The notes under the pieces were generated by a model. It searched no databases. It saw only the letters and a list, made by a program, of their open reading frames with translations, and was not told the DNA's origin. From an uncultured Chloroflexia bacterium (GTDB lineage Bacteria; Chloroflexota; Anaerolineae; B4-G1; SLSP01): a stretch of 64,000 nt of DNA. Where the stretch lies: positions 64,001 to 128,000 of the forward strand of contig CAVVUS010000019.1 of the NCBI GenBank assembly GCA_963751345.1, given 5' to 3'. This document shows positions 43,790-54,978 of this stretch, in pieces. Position 1 is the stretch's first letter. The number at the start of each line of letters is the position of its first letter. The translations under genes and the position numbers were made by a program.

Positions 43790-44239
43790 CTAATTGCCAA
43801 AGATCACCATCTCCGTAGAACTCCGAATCGGGAACTCCGGGAGGCCGATCAGACCGCCGATAAAGGTGGTGAAAGTGTACTGGACAGTCACGGAGATAGG
43901 ATCGCCGCCGGCCAGGCCCTGGCTGGCCCCGATACTGATGATTGTGTTGTCCTCGGTTAGATCCATCCCGTTGTTCGCCGCGTCTTGTTTGACTGCCGTC
44001 TCGATGATGTCAACCGCCGGCACACAGACTCCCTTCTTGTCACAGGTCGTAGGTATGTGTGATGCCCGCCGCGCCCCTTCTCGCGATGCGTTGGTGATGA
44101 CAATGTAGGAGTGGAAAGCGCGACCCATATCGACGACGCCCATCAGAAGTATCGCAAGCAGCGGCAACACGAGCGCCATCTCAACCAGGCTTTGGCCACG
44201 CTGCCTACGCCTCCGAAGCTCTACAGTGGTTCTCCTCAT
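43790..44239 (-). CDS. tadE: TadE-like pseudopilin
   Basis: RGQSLVEMALVLPLL...NASREGAR. Confidence 0.88.
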   Translation of the reverse strand: MRRTTVELRRRRQRGQSLVEMALVLPLLAILLMGVVDMGRAFHSYIVITNASREGARRASHIPTTCDKKGVCVPAVDIIETAVKQDAANNGMDLTEDNTIISIGASQGLAGGDPISVTVQYTFTTFIGGLIGLPEFPIRSSTEMVIFGN

Positions 44240-44267
44240 TCTTGTCTTTCCCGCCTCATACCCTTGT

Positions 44268-45310
44268 TCAGGTCAATACAGCCTTGCCGTCGACGAGACG
44301 CTCGCGCACGAAGTCGCCCTGCGGCACGATGCGGAAGTGGGTGGCGTCGAGGGCGAACTCCATGTCGACGGCGTGGCGTCCTGCCCGGTTCTTCTCCACA
44401 CTCAACACGACCCAGCCGCGCATCGTCTCGGCGTCGGACAGGTTATAGATCAGGTGCTCGCGGCTGACGATGTCGTACTTGCTGTTGAGGACCAGCCCTA
44501 TGTCGGTCTCGTACTGAAGGGCCGAGCTCCCCCGCAGGTCGGACAGCCGCATCCGCTGCGATTGCAGCCCCAGCCGGTCGGCCGCCGCGACGGCGATGAC
44601 CTGGATGCCCTCCGAGAGCGCCAGATCCTTGAGTCCGTGGGTGAGATAGGTCGTGATCTCGTCCTCGGTGCGCAGCAGGTCGCGGTTCACCGGCACCTTC
44701 TGCAGGTAGTCGACGATCACGGCGGTGTGCCCGTCCGGGATCCGACTGCATCGACCGGGCCCACTGTTGGATCTCCTGAAGCGACGTGTAGACGCCGCTG
44801 GCCTTGGCCAGGATCAGGCGATCGGCGTAGCCGTCAATCCGGGCGATGAGGTCGTGGTAGCGGGCATCCTCGCGCAACTGAGCGATGACGCCGCTGGTCT
44901 CGAGCGGGCTGAAAGAGAGCTGGCTGAGCTTGCGCAACGTGAGGGCGCTGTCGCGATCGCCGGCTTCCGCGCTCTCCAGGCAGAGGAGCCGCGTGAGCAG
45001 ATGGGCGCGGTCGTGCTCATAGCAGATGTACATCGCCTTGTTCTGCTCGGCGGAGACCACGAAGTTGCGCGCGATCTGGAGGGCCAGGATCGTCTTCCCC
45101 ACACCATACGGCCCGCCGATGACGGCCAGCTCGCCCGGACGCAATCCCGCCGTTGAGGATGTCGTCCAGGGGGCTGAACCCCGTGGCCATAGGGTGGAAC
45201 TGGGACAGGCGGCCGCTCTGGGAGAGCATCTCGAACTCTTCCATGACCCGGGTCACCGACGCGGGTCCCGGCGCCTCACTCAGCCGTTTGTGGTGCTGGG
45301 ATCGAGCCAA
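44268..45310 (-). CDS. DnaB-like helicase C-terminal (RecA-fold) ATPase without the N-terminal domain (2 frameshifts)
   Basis: TGFSPLDDILNGG, GGPYGVGKT, IVDYLQKV, LSDLRGSSALQYETD, VEKNRAG. About 345 aa. Confidence 0.8.
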
Positions 45311-45462
45311 CTTCGTTCCAGTCCGTCCATTGTGTTCTCTCCCGGAACCGCTGAAGCGGCACCTACGAACCTACGCAGCTTAGTGCAAAAACGTAGAGCC
45401 GTTCGAGACAGGCCTCGAGCGGTACGTCCGCCGGAACCTGCTGAAGCGGTTACTACGAACTG

Positions 45463-46839
45463 CTAGCGTCCGCGCCTCAGGTACGCGCGCTCGGGATTGA
45501 GAATCGTCGGGGGGAGTTCGATCCCTGAGGTCTCGATCCTGTCCATGAACTTCGGGCGCACGCCCAGGGCCGTGAAATAGCCCTCGACCCGGCCATCGTG
45601 ATAGCCGGTCTGCATGAAGCGGAAGATATCCTGCATCACGATCGTCGGCCCCTCCAGCCCCTGGACCTCTGAGATGTAGACGACCTTCCGGGAGCCGTCC
45701 GCCACGCGATCCACGTGGACAATCACGTCGAACGCCGAGGCAATCTGCTCGCGGATGGCGGCCAGCGGCAGATCCATCCCGGCCATCAGTGTCATCGTGG
45801 AGATACGGCTCAGGGTGTCGCGCGGCGAGTTGGAGTGTGCCGTGGTCAATGACCCGTCGTGACCCGTGTTCATGGCCTGGAGCATGTCGAGGGCCTCGCC
45901 GCCGCGGACCTCGCCCACCACGATGCGATCGGGCCGCATACGCAGGGCGTTGATGACGAGCTGGCGGATGGTGACCTGGCCCTTTCCCTCAACGTTGGGC
46001 TGGCGGGACTCCAGCCGGACCACGTGGCGCTGGTTGAGCTGCAGCTCGGCCGAGTCCTCGATGGTGATGATCCGGTCGGTGTCCGGAAGGTAGTTCGACA
46101 GCGCGTTGAGCAGCGTCGTCTTGCCGGTCGACGTGCCGCCCGAGATCACGATATTGAGCCGTGCCTGAACGCAGGCGCGCAGGAAGTCGGCCATGTCGGG
46201 CGTGAGGGTGTCGACCTTGACCAAGTCGTCCATCGTGAAGAACGCGCGCGCGAATTTCCGGATGCTGATCGAGGGACCGTCGAGGGCGAGCGGCGGGATG
46301 ATGACGTTGACGCGAGAGCCGTCGGGGAGCCGGGCGTCGACCATCGGGCTGCTCTCGTCGATCCGCCGGCCCAGCGGCGTGACGATCCGGTCGATCACGT
46401 GCATGACCTCGTCGTTGTCGCGGAACTGGACGTCGGTCTCCTCCAGGATGCCGCTGCGCTCGATGTAGATCTGGTTCGCGCCGTTCACGAGGATCTCTGT
46501 CACGGTGTCATCGCGCAGGAAGGGCTCGATCGGCCCGTAGCCGAGCACGTCCGCAACGATCTGCTCGAAGAGCATGGTGCGGTCGGTGCGGCTCATCGGG
46601 AGACGTTCGTCCTGCAGCGTCTCGACGAAGATCTGTTCGAGCGCTCTGCGCACGCTGGTGGCGTCGTTCGTGTCGACGACGGGGCTCAGCTCCGCCAGCA
46701 AGCGGCGCTGCACGCGCTCGCGCACCCGGTTGTAGGTCTCGGTTTGGTGCGAGCGGACGGCCCCCGCGCCTCGTGCCGGCCCTTGGCCCACCGCGGGCTC
46801 GGCGGCCGGCTCACTGTATCCGTTGGTTCGTCTGCGCAT
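45463..46839 (-). CDS. cpaF: Tad pilus assembly ATPase CpaF/TadA
   Basis: [58 protein letters not shown]. Confidence 0.93.
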   Translation of the reverse strand: MRRRTNGYSEPAAEPAVGQGPARGAGAVRSHQTETYNRVRERVQRRLLAELSPVVDTNDATSVRRALEQIFVETLQDERLPMSRTDRTMLFEQIVADVLGYGPIEPFLRDDTVTEILVNGANQIYIERSGILEETDVQFRDNDEVMHVIDRIVTPLGRRIDESSPMVDARLPDGSRVNVIIPPLALDGPSISIRKFARAFFTMDDLVKVDTLTPDMADFLRACVQARLNIVISGGTSTGKTTLLNALSNYLPDTDRIITIEDSAELQLNQRHVVRLESRQPNVEGKGQVTIRQLVINALRMRPDRIVVGEVRGGEALDMLQAMNTGHDGSLTTAHSNSPRDTLSRISTMTLMAGMDLPLAAIREQIASAFDVIVHVDRVADGSRKVVYISEVQGLEGPTIVMQDIFRFMQTGYHDGRVEGYFTALGVRPKFMDRIETSGIELPPTILNPERAYLRRGR

Positions 46840-46850
46840 CAGAACTCCTC

Positions 46851-48706
46851 TTATTTGATCCAGATGGGGTCGTACTCGTCCCACGTCGTGTTGCTGATAT
46901 TGGTGACCTCGCTGCCGTCCACGTTCATACTGTAGATCTGCATCAGGCCCGAGCGGTTGGACCAGAAGATGATCTTGTCGCTATCCGGCGACCAGGTCGG
47001 GTGCCGGTCCCACTCCCAGGGGTTAGGCGTCAGCGGCTGCGCGAAGTTCCCGTCCCACTGCACAATCCAGATGTCATCGCTATCGATAGCCGAAGAGACA
47101 AAGGCGATCCAGTTGCCGTCAGGCGACCAGACGGGCGCGGTGCAGTCGCCGTCCAAGCTGGGTGATCTGGACGAACCACTGACCTCCGGTGCGTTCCGCA
47201 ACCGGGATGGTCCGGAAGATCTGCTGCCGGGGATCCGTGGACGAAACAGCCTGGCTGAAGACGAAGCTGTCGCCGTCGGGCGAATAGCGCTCCTGGTCCT
47301 CGAGGTCGTCGAACTGCGCCAGCAGATCGGAGTTGCGGCCCAGCCGCTGACGATTCCCCCCGTCGGGATCCATCACCCAGATCTCGCCGCGGTTGGGGTA
47401 GTCGGCCTTGACGACGATGCGATCCTTGTAGCTGGAGAGCGGTCGCGGCGTGGCCGGTGGCCCGGCGTATTCGGGGCGCGGCGTGGCGGTCGGCGTCGGC
47501 GTGGCGGTCGGCGTGAGCAGGGGGCGGACGTAGAAGAGCCGGCCCTCCGCAAAGGCGGTGTCCTGGACCGGCAGCTCGCTGGCACTGCGGTATTGCTCGT
47601 AGGCCAGGTAGTTGTCGCCCGCATCGCGGTACTGGTCTCCGCTGCGGACGTAGGAGTCATAGAGCTCGGTCAGCACCGTATCGCCGAGGTAGTCGGGGCG
47701 CGCGTCATAGACGACGCGGAACGCCGCAGACGCCTCGGTCCACCGCTCCGCATAGTAGGCTGTCTGGCCCTCCAGGAAGAGCTTGAGCAACTGTCGCTCC
47801 AGGCTTGCTTCCTGGCTGCGGGGTTCCAGGGCCAGGGCCTTGGAGAAGTAGCTCAACGCCTGGGGCAGTGCCTCGAGCTGCGGCGGATCCTGTCGGACAA
47901 TGGCCTTTCCCTGGCCGAAGTAGAGCTCGAAGAGCCGGCTCTCCACCGTTTGCCTGTTCGTAGGCCTGGTTCTTCTCGCGCAGCGCCTCATAGCCCGCGA
48001 TCGCTGCCTGGGCGTCGCCGGCTTCATAGGCTGCGTTGGCATCAGCGTAGAGTTTTGCGACAGACCCTTCCTGGTTGATCTTGGCCATGCGGCTGTCGAC
48101 GTCCAGGTAGCCGGGGCGAAGCGCCTGAAGCTCCAGATAGAGCGCCATCGCCGCGTCGTCCTCCCCGCTATCGTCGAGCGAGATCGCCTGATCGTAGAGG
48201 GCCGCAATATCGCGCTCTCGGCCGATCACGGCCAGCCCGGCGAGCGCCTGCTCGTTGTCACTCTCGATCGCCAGCACCGCGTTGAAGCGCTGCTCGGCTG
48301 CTGCATACTCGCCGCCCTCCAGGAAGGACTGCCCTTCCGTGAGCAATTGGTCGCGCTCTCTTTCGAGCTGTGCCTGGCGAACCATGGGCTGCACGCGCTC
48401 GACGAGCAGGCGCCCGCCGGTGTAGACGAGATAGCCGATCAGCGCGACGACGGCCAGCCGCAGCAGGATCGGCCAGAACCGGAGCGTGATGCGCCGTCCC
48501 CGGATCTTCCTTCCGGTGTCGACGCCCGATCTCAACTGTGCCTGTTCGAGCGCGCGCGCGGCCAGATCGCTGTCGGGGTACTTCTCCTGGAGTTGCTCGA
48601 ACGCGTCGATAGCTGCTTGCCATTCGCCCCTTTGCAGGTGGTCGGACCCCTCTCTATAGAGAGGGTCTTCCCGTCCGGTGGGCACGGTGTCTGCAAACGT
48701 CGTCAC
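46851..48706 (-). CDS. Membrane-anchored TPR protein with C-terminal TolB/PD40 beta-propeller (frameshifted)
   Basis: TPR-like helices around one TM segment, a PT linker, and PVWSPDG/PTWSPDS/YSPDG repeats. Confidence 0.75.
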
Positions 48707-48821
48707 TGTTCTGTCCTCTTTCCTCTGAACCCTTCGCAAGGTGCGGCCTTGCGAAGGTCGGTGGGCCTGTGCCCGGACACCGGGTGCAGGTGCGCCTGCA
48801 CCCAAAGAGCCAGGTGCCGCG

Positions 48822-49817
48822 TCATCCGCTCAACGAGCCCAAGGCTTCGAAGATCCGCGGGATGCCCGGGCCCAACAATACAACCAGCAACGCCGGGAAG
48901 ACCAGGAACACGAGCGCGATGATCATCTTGATGCTCGGCCTGCCGGGCCAACTCCTCGGCACGCTGCCTGCGGCGTACGCGCACCTGGCTGGCCTGCGTG
49001 TGGAGCGTCTGGGCGATGCTGACACCCAGCTCGCTGGACTGGATCAGCACACCGACGAAGGTGAGCACCTCCTGCACGCCCGTCCGCTCGGCCATCCGCT
49101 GGAGCGCGGTGTTGCGCGGTGTGCCCACCCGGATCTCCCTCACGGCGCGATTCATCTCCTGCGTCAGCGCATTGTCCCACCGCTCGCAGACCCGCACCAT
49201 GGCGGAGTCCAGCGCGAGGCCCGCATCGACGCTGACGCTCAGCAGGTCGAGGGCGTTCGAGAAGTTGCGGATGATCTCGCCCTGGCGCTGTCTCACGCGT
49301 CCGCGGAGCCACACCCGGGGCAGCAGATAGCCCACCAGCGCCAGGAGCGCGCCGTTGCGAAGCGTGACGAGCCACGACCGCCGACTGTAGCAATCCGAAC
49401 GCGCGCACGACGAGCAGATAGAGCGCGACAAGGCCGACGGCGGAGAGGATCTGCAGGCCGAAAATGTCGGGTGCCGTTAGCCCACCGGGCTCTCCGGCCT
49501 CGATCGAGCATCTGCTGGACGCGCCGCACGTCCCTGCCGGGTGACAGGGAGGCGAGCGAGTCGAGCCCCTTACGGAGGGCCGGCACCACCACCCGCATGA
49601 GGAACGACCGGCTCATCTCGAGATCCTCGATGATGTCGCGCCCGTGCAGATAGCCGTCGAGGCGCCCGTCCTTCTGCGCCTGCGTGCGTGTGGGGGCGAC
49701 GGCCAGCCACACAAAGGCCGTCGCCAGCCCGGTCAAGGCGGCAAAAGTCAGGGGCGACGAGGTAACGGGCGAGGTCAGGACCCACCGGATGATCGTCTCG
49801 AACTGGCTGAAGTCCAT
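48822..49817 (-). CDS. tadC: TadC (type II secretion F family), frameshifted
   Basis: FSNALDLLSVSVDAGLALDSAM, QSSELGVSIAQTL, RRRQRAEELA, KMIIALVFLVFPALLVVLLGP. Confidence 0.85.
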
Positions 49818-49819
49818 GC

Positions 49820-50782
49820 TCACACCTCGATGTCCACGATCTTGCGGATGACCAGGAACCCTATCACCTGCATCACCAAGGCCGAGATCGGCAGGATGCG
49901 CACCCAGCCCGGCGCGAAGAGCTCCCGCACGTAGTCGGGATTGATCAGAAAGACGACCAGACCCACGAGGATGCGGGAGCGCCGCCAGCAGGTAGCCGGT
50001 GAAGCGCTGCTGCGCCGTGATCACGCGGATCTCGGCTGAGCATACGCAGCCGATCGCGCACCGTGTCGCTGATGATGTCCAGCGTCTCCGCCAGGTTGCC
50101 GCCGGTCTCATACTGGACGTCGATGGCGACCACGACCAGGTTGAAATCGTCCGACCCAATTCGCACGACGGCATCGTCGAGGGCGCGGCGCAGCGGAATG
50201 CCGAGGTTGATGGCGCGCACGACGTCGGCCATCTCATCGGACATCGGGCTGCCGATACGCTCGACCACCAGGTCCAGGGCCTGGTTGAGGCCGTAGCCGG
50301 CGCGCAGGCCGCCGACGAGCAGCGTCAGCATATCGGGCAGTTGCTCGGTGAACGCGCGCAGGCGCCGCCTTTTCTTCGTGTTGAGGTAGATGATCGGCAG
50401 AAACGCGAGTGCGGCCCCCAGGACGAGGCCGAGCGCGAGATTGAGACGCCAGGTGCCGATAGCGACGCCGAGCAAGCCCAGCCCGATGCACGATCAGGCC
50501 GAACTCCGCAGCCGTCAACGGGAGATCGGCCCGGCCAAGGGACAGGGCCAACTTCGGCCCGAGGCCGAAACCCGACAGGAATCGCCGGAAGCCGGAGCGA
50601 TGGTAACGGCGGGTGCTGTCGCCGACCGCGACCGAGCCGGCACTCGCGGCGAGCAGGCCGTACTGATCCAGCCGCTCCTCCACGGCGTCCGTCCGCTGGA
50701 GCAACAGCCAAATCGCCATAAAGATGAGCACGACGGAGAAGCCGACCAGCACTCCGACGGTGAGCGGGAGACCTACTGCCAT
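49820..50782 (-). CDS. tadB: TadB (type II secretion F family), frameshifted
   Basis: FTEQLPDMLTLLVGGLRAGYGL, QYETGGNLAETLD; C-terminal IRKIVDIEV. Confidence 0.85.
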
Positions 50783-50800
50783 CGCTTACCTGCCTTCCTC

Positions 50801-52049
50801 TTATGAGCTTGATGAAGGAAAGAAGCGCCCCAGAAGACCGCGCGACTCTTCTCTTTGAACCTCGCCGACGTAGCCGGGGCCCTCACGACGTTCCTGGCTC
50901 AGTTGCTGCGCGATCCTGCGGATGCCGCGGGCTACCGCCGTGCGCCGGTGCGTGAGCATCAGGGGCACGCCGCGGTTGACCGTGTGCGTCACGAGCGCCT
51001 GATCGTCAGGGACCTCGAAACCGATCGGCACCTTCAGCCGCTGCTCGATGTCCGCCCGGGTGATGCCCCCACGCAGCGTCGAGCGGTTGAGGACGAGCCA
51101 GGTCTTCTCCTGCGGATAGCCCTCATCTGCGAAGTGGTTCAGCATCAGGCGCGTGTTCCTGAGGCCCACCATCTCGGGAATGACCGTCATAATCACCCGA
51201 TCGGCGCCATCCAGGAAGGCAAACGCCGTCTCGTCCATCGGCAAGCCCAGGTCGACGATGACCCACGGGAACATTCGCTTCAGCATCACCAGGATGTGCT
51301 GCACCTGCGGCAGCGTGAGCGGCGCGTGCAGATCGGCAGGCGGCGGGGCCAGGAGGACTTTGAGGCCCGACGTGTGCTCCGCCAGCACGCTTTCAATCAG
51401 CACTTCGTCGAGGCGCGTCAGCCTCGGAAGCAGGTCGGCGACGTTGCGCCCGGGATCCAGGTTGAGCGCGACGTCCATCGCCGGGGCAGCGTAATCCGCA
51501 TCAACGACGACCACCGGTCGGTCGTCGATCTCGCGTAGCGCGATGGCGGTGTTGACGGCCAGGGTGGTGCGGCCCGTGCCCCCTTTGGGCGCACAGAAGA
51601 CGACGATCCGGCCGTTGACGCCCTCGACGACGCTCGGCTCGACTGTGGGCTGCCCGCTGGTAGGCCATCACCTGATGCAGCGTCATCATCAGTTCGTCGG
51701 TCTTGAGAGGTTTGGTGATGAAGCTGCGTGCGCCGACGAGGACAGCCTGGCTGGCGTCGCTTGCGTTTTCCTGGCGGACGAGGAAGAGGATGACGGCGTT
51801 GGATACCGAGGATGCGAGGCGGCGGATCGTCGGGATGGGATCCGCGTCGCCCAGGTCGTCGTCCACGATGATGATCTGGGGCAGCAGGTCCTGCGCACGT
51901 ACGAAGGCCAGGTGCGGCTGTGCCACCCAGTGCAGCCGATAGGGCCGCGTCATGCCGGCCGCAAGTGCCTGCCCGACCTCTTCCTGGACGCTGTCACTTG
52001 CGCTGACAAGCAGAATCTGTAGCGTCTGTCCCCGCATTAACTCAGCCAA
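50801..52049 (-). CDS. cpaE: CpaE/TadZ-like receiver-domain + MinD-type ATPase (frameshifted)
   Basis: Degenerate receiver N-terminus, deviant Walker A APKGGTGRTT, VVVDAD, LVLNR, VNRGVPL. Confidence 0.82.
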
Positions 52050-52170
52050 CGATACCCCCCTCAAAATTCGTTTAATCTGGTGGTCCGACGATATCGAGAC
52101 CTTTGGGGTCTCTCTGTGGAGCCGGCGCCTGGTTGACAAGAAGACCCCAAAGGTCACGACCGGCACTCTG

Positions 52171-53002
52171 CTAGGGCAATCCCTCGCCGGGCACGATGTA
52201 GCCGTTGATGACGTAGTCCAGGTTGACCGGGTCCACGGCAAACTCACCTTCGGCGCCCGGCGCACGGAGCACCATGTCGACGGTCGCGCCGACGTCCTTC
52301 ATGTACTTGAGGACCAGGGCGTCCTGCGGGTCGATGGCCAGCAGCAGCGCCCGCGGTGCCCCCGTCGGCTGCCCGTTGTCATCGAGTTGGCGCACGATCT
52401 GGGCGATCGTCACGTTCTGCAGCAGGTCGAAGGTGAGCGTCTCGACGGGCTGCTCTTCTGTCGGTCGTCGCTCCCCCTACCGTCCCTTGCGGGGAGACGG
52501 GGAGGAGTCCGGTCTCGCGGTCGACCGGCATCTCATAGGTGAAGAGGAAATCGACGTGGTCTCCCGGGTTGAGCACGTTCACCTGGTTGAGGAGGTCGCC
52601 TGCAGGAAAAGCCATCAAGACGTTGTCGTCGGCGAGCACGAGCGCCATCCGCCCGCCGGGCGCCACCACGTTGGGGTCGAGCAGGCGCTCGCTCAGCACG
52701 ATCTCGCCGGGGTAGAGCGAGACGAGCGAGATCTTGCCGAGTGCCTGGTTGATATCCCGCACAGCGCTCTCGGGGATGCTGTCGACCGGCATCTGCTGGA
52801 CCTCGACGTTATCGGTCGTCAGGACGCCGCTGATGTCCACGGCCCGCGTCACGACGACCACGCTCTCCTCAGGTGCGACCAGATCCGACGCGCGAAATCC
52901 CTGTGCCGTCGCCCGTGAGAGTGCGATAAAGGCAACGCCGCCCGCCAGGGCTGCCACGACGACGCCTGCGATCAACCATAAGAACCCCCGGAGACGCCCC
53001 AT
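52171..53002 (-). CDS. cpaB: Flp pilus assembly protein CpaB/RcpC (frameshifted)
   Basis: N-terminal TM, SAF-like VVVVTRAVDISG, LNPGDHVD, LLQNVTI, DMVLRAP. Confidence 0.82.
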
Positions 53003-53012
53003 CCTATCCTCC

Positions 53013-53467
53013 TTATCGCTGAGAACCTACGGCTTTACCGTCTATGTACATGGTCGTTCGGCGAACATCGTCGTCACCGTCTGCATCTTCACCTCGTCCT
53101 TGCCGCCAAGGGCCAAGATGACCGGGCCGGTCAGGAAACGATGCTCGTACGTGACGGTCACCTGCACCGTGTTTGAGATGCCGGCTGTCGGTGCAGGTGG
53201 GTGTGATCAACAGTGTACTCGTGATCAGCCCGGTTGTCCAGCGCTGGATCTCCGGGCTGAACCCACTGCTTCGGCATCGATGTAGACGATGGCCGTGGGG
53301 TCGGGATGCACGACGCCATATCTGGCGACTTCGCGCCCGACGTTCGCTGTGGTGTTGTAGGCGAAGACCGCAATGCCGAACTCGATGATGCCCAGTAGAA
53401 GAAGTAGAAGCAGGGGGAGAAGCAGCGCGAATTCGACCAGTCCTTGGCCATGGGTATTTCTCTGCAT
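53013..53467 (-). CDS. tadE: TadE-like pseudopilin (frameshifted)
   Basis: HGQGLVEFALLLPLLLLLLLGIIEFG...REVARYG. Confidence 0.82.
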
Positions 53468-53501
53468 GTTGCCCGTCCATTCCCGCCTTTCCTGGGCTGC
53501 C

Positions 53502-53510
53502 ATTATACCA
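53502..53510 (-). promoter_or_regulatory. Extended -10 promoter TGGTATAAT for the tad operon
   Basis: Minus-strand TGnTATAAT ~35 bp upstream of tadE. Confidence 0.5.
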
Positions 53511-53717
53511 TGCTTAACGACAATGCGCCCAAGTCGATACGGGCTCTAACAACGTGCGGTGTCAGGTAACGCCTGGATCCTTGGGCCAACTTGCAGAGGA
53601 AACTGCCGATGGTGGGAGTGTCGGGCGCCTGAGATGGCCGGACCCGCGCTTTGACCTCCGTTACGTCTGGCGTACACTGTCCGCGGAAGCTCGTCTGAGG
53701 GGGGAGGCCAAGCCGAC

Positions 53718-54916
53718 ATGGCAAGATCAGAGTGGACGCGTTGGACGCACTTCGCGATCGCAGAAGCGCTGCCGGGTGCCGCGTGGGGTACCGGCGGCAT
53801 CGGTCTGGCGGACTTCGACGGCGATGGCCGTCCTGAGGTGATCGTCTCGCGCCGCGAGACCCAGACGGCCTACCGGTTCGTGCGCGTCGACGATGCGACG
53901 TGGGAGCGCTACATCGTGGCCGCGGCACCACAGCTTGCCCAGACCTTGGGCGCCGCGGTGTTGGACATCGATGGCGACGGCCTCCCGGACATCGCCTTCA
54001 ACGGCGTCTGGTTCCGCAATCCGGGGCGGCTCGACATCGACCCCGATGCCCCCTGGGACGCGCACCTCTACGACGGCGGCGGCCACGACGTGATCGCGGC
54101 CGACATCAGCGGCAACGGGCGGCTCGATCTGGTGACGTACGATGGGATCACGCTGGCGTGGTTCGATCCGTCGAAGGGCCTGGCCAAGACCATCATCGCG
54201 GACGGGCGCGACGACCACGGCGGCATCGCCCCGCACGGCTTCGGCGACCTGAACGGCAACGGATGGCTCGACCTGGTGGTGGCGGGCGTGTGGTACGAGA
54301 ACCCGGGCCCCGGCGGCGGTCCGTGGACCCGCATCCGTGGCCGCACCGGGGCGTGGACCGGGCCTCCTACGGCACGAGCATCCGCTCGTGGGTGGCCGAC
54401 GTCAACGGCAGCGGCCGGGCCGACATCGTCTACGCCGACTGCGACACCGGCAACGGCCACGTCTATTGGGTGGAGAACCTCGGCGGCGGCGAGTCTTGGG
54501 CGCTGCACCCTCTGCCGGATCCCGGCGGGGCCACGGGCGTGCCCCACGCTCACGATGCCAACACCGGCTCGTGGCACTCGTTGGCCGTCGCCGACTTCAA
54601 CGGCGATGGCCGGCTGGAGATCTTCGCGGGAGAACAGGAGGACCCCGACACGATGATGACCGGCTGGGGTCGTGTGCCGATGAAACCCGCGGGTCTCAAG
54701 GAGCGGGGCGTCCTCTGGGTGCGGTCGGACAAGGATGAGGTGGACTTCGAGCCGGTCGTCATCCACGAAGGGCGCCCGGGCTGGCACGACGTCGTGCTGG
54801 GCGACATCGACGGGGACGGCGACCTCGACCTCGTGTCCAAGATCTGGAATGCCGACGGGCCGAACTACAGCGTGGATTATTGGCGGAATGACTTGCGGAT
54901 GACGAGTGACGAGTGA
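53718..54916 (+). CDS. FG-GAP/VCBS repeat protein (frameshift ~54330)
   Basis: Repeated DFDGDGRPE, DIDGDGLPD, DISGNGRLD, DLNGNGWLD, DVNGSGRAD, DFNGDGRLE, DIDGDGDLD. Confidence 0.85.
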
Positions 54917-54978
54917 CGGGTGATCGGATAGCGTCCGGTCACTCGTCACGTATTCTTCTTCGGAGAAAGCTGGGAGCT

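Noticed and set aside
44268-45310. Prophage or plasmid replication module, or the housekeeping dnaB
   Set aside because: No N-terminal DnaB domain and no primase, integrase or phage genes nearby. It sits inside the tad operon.
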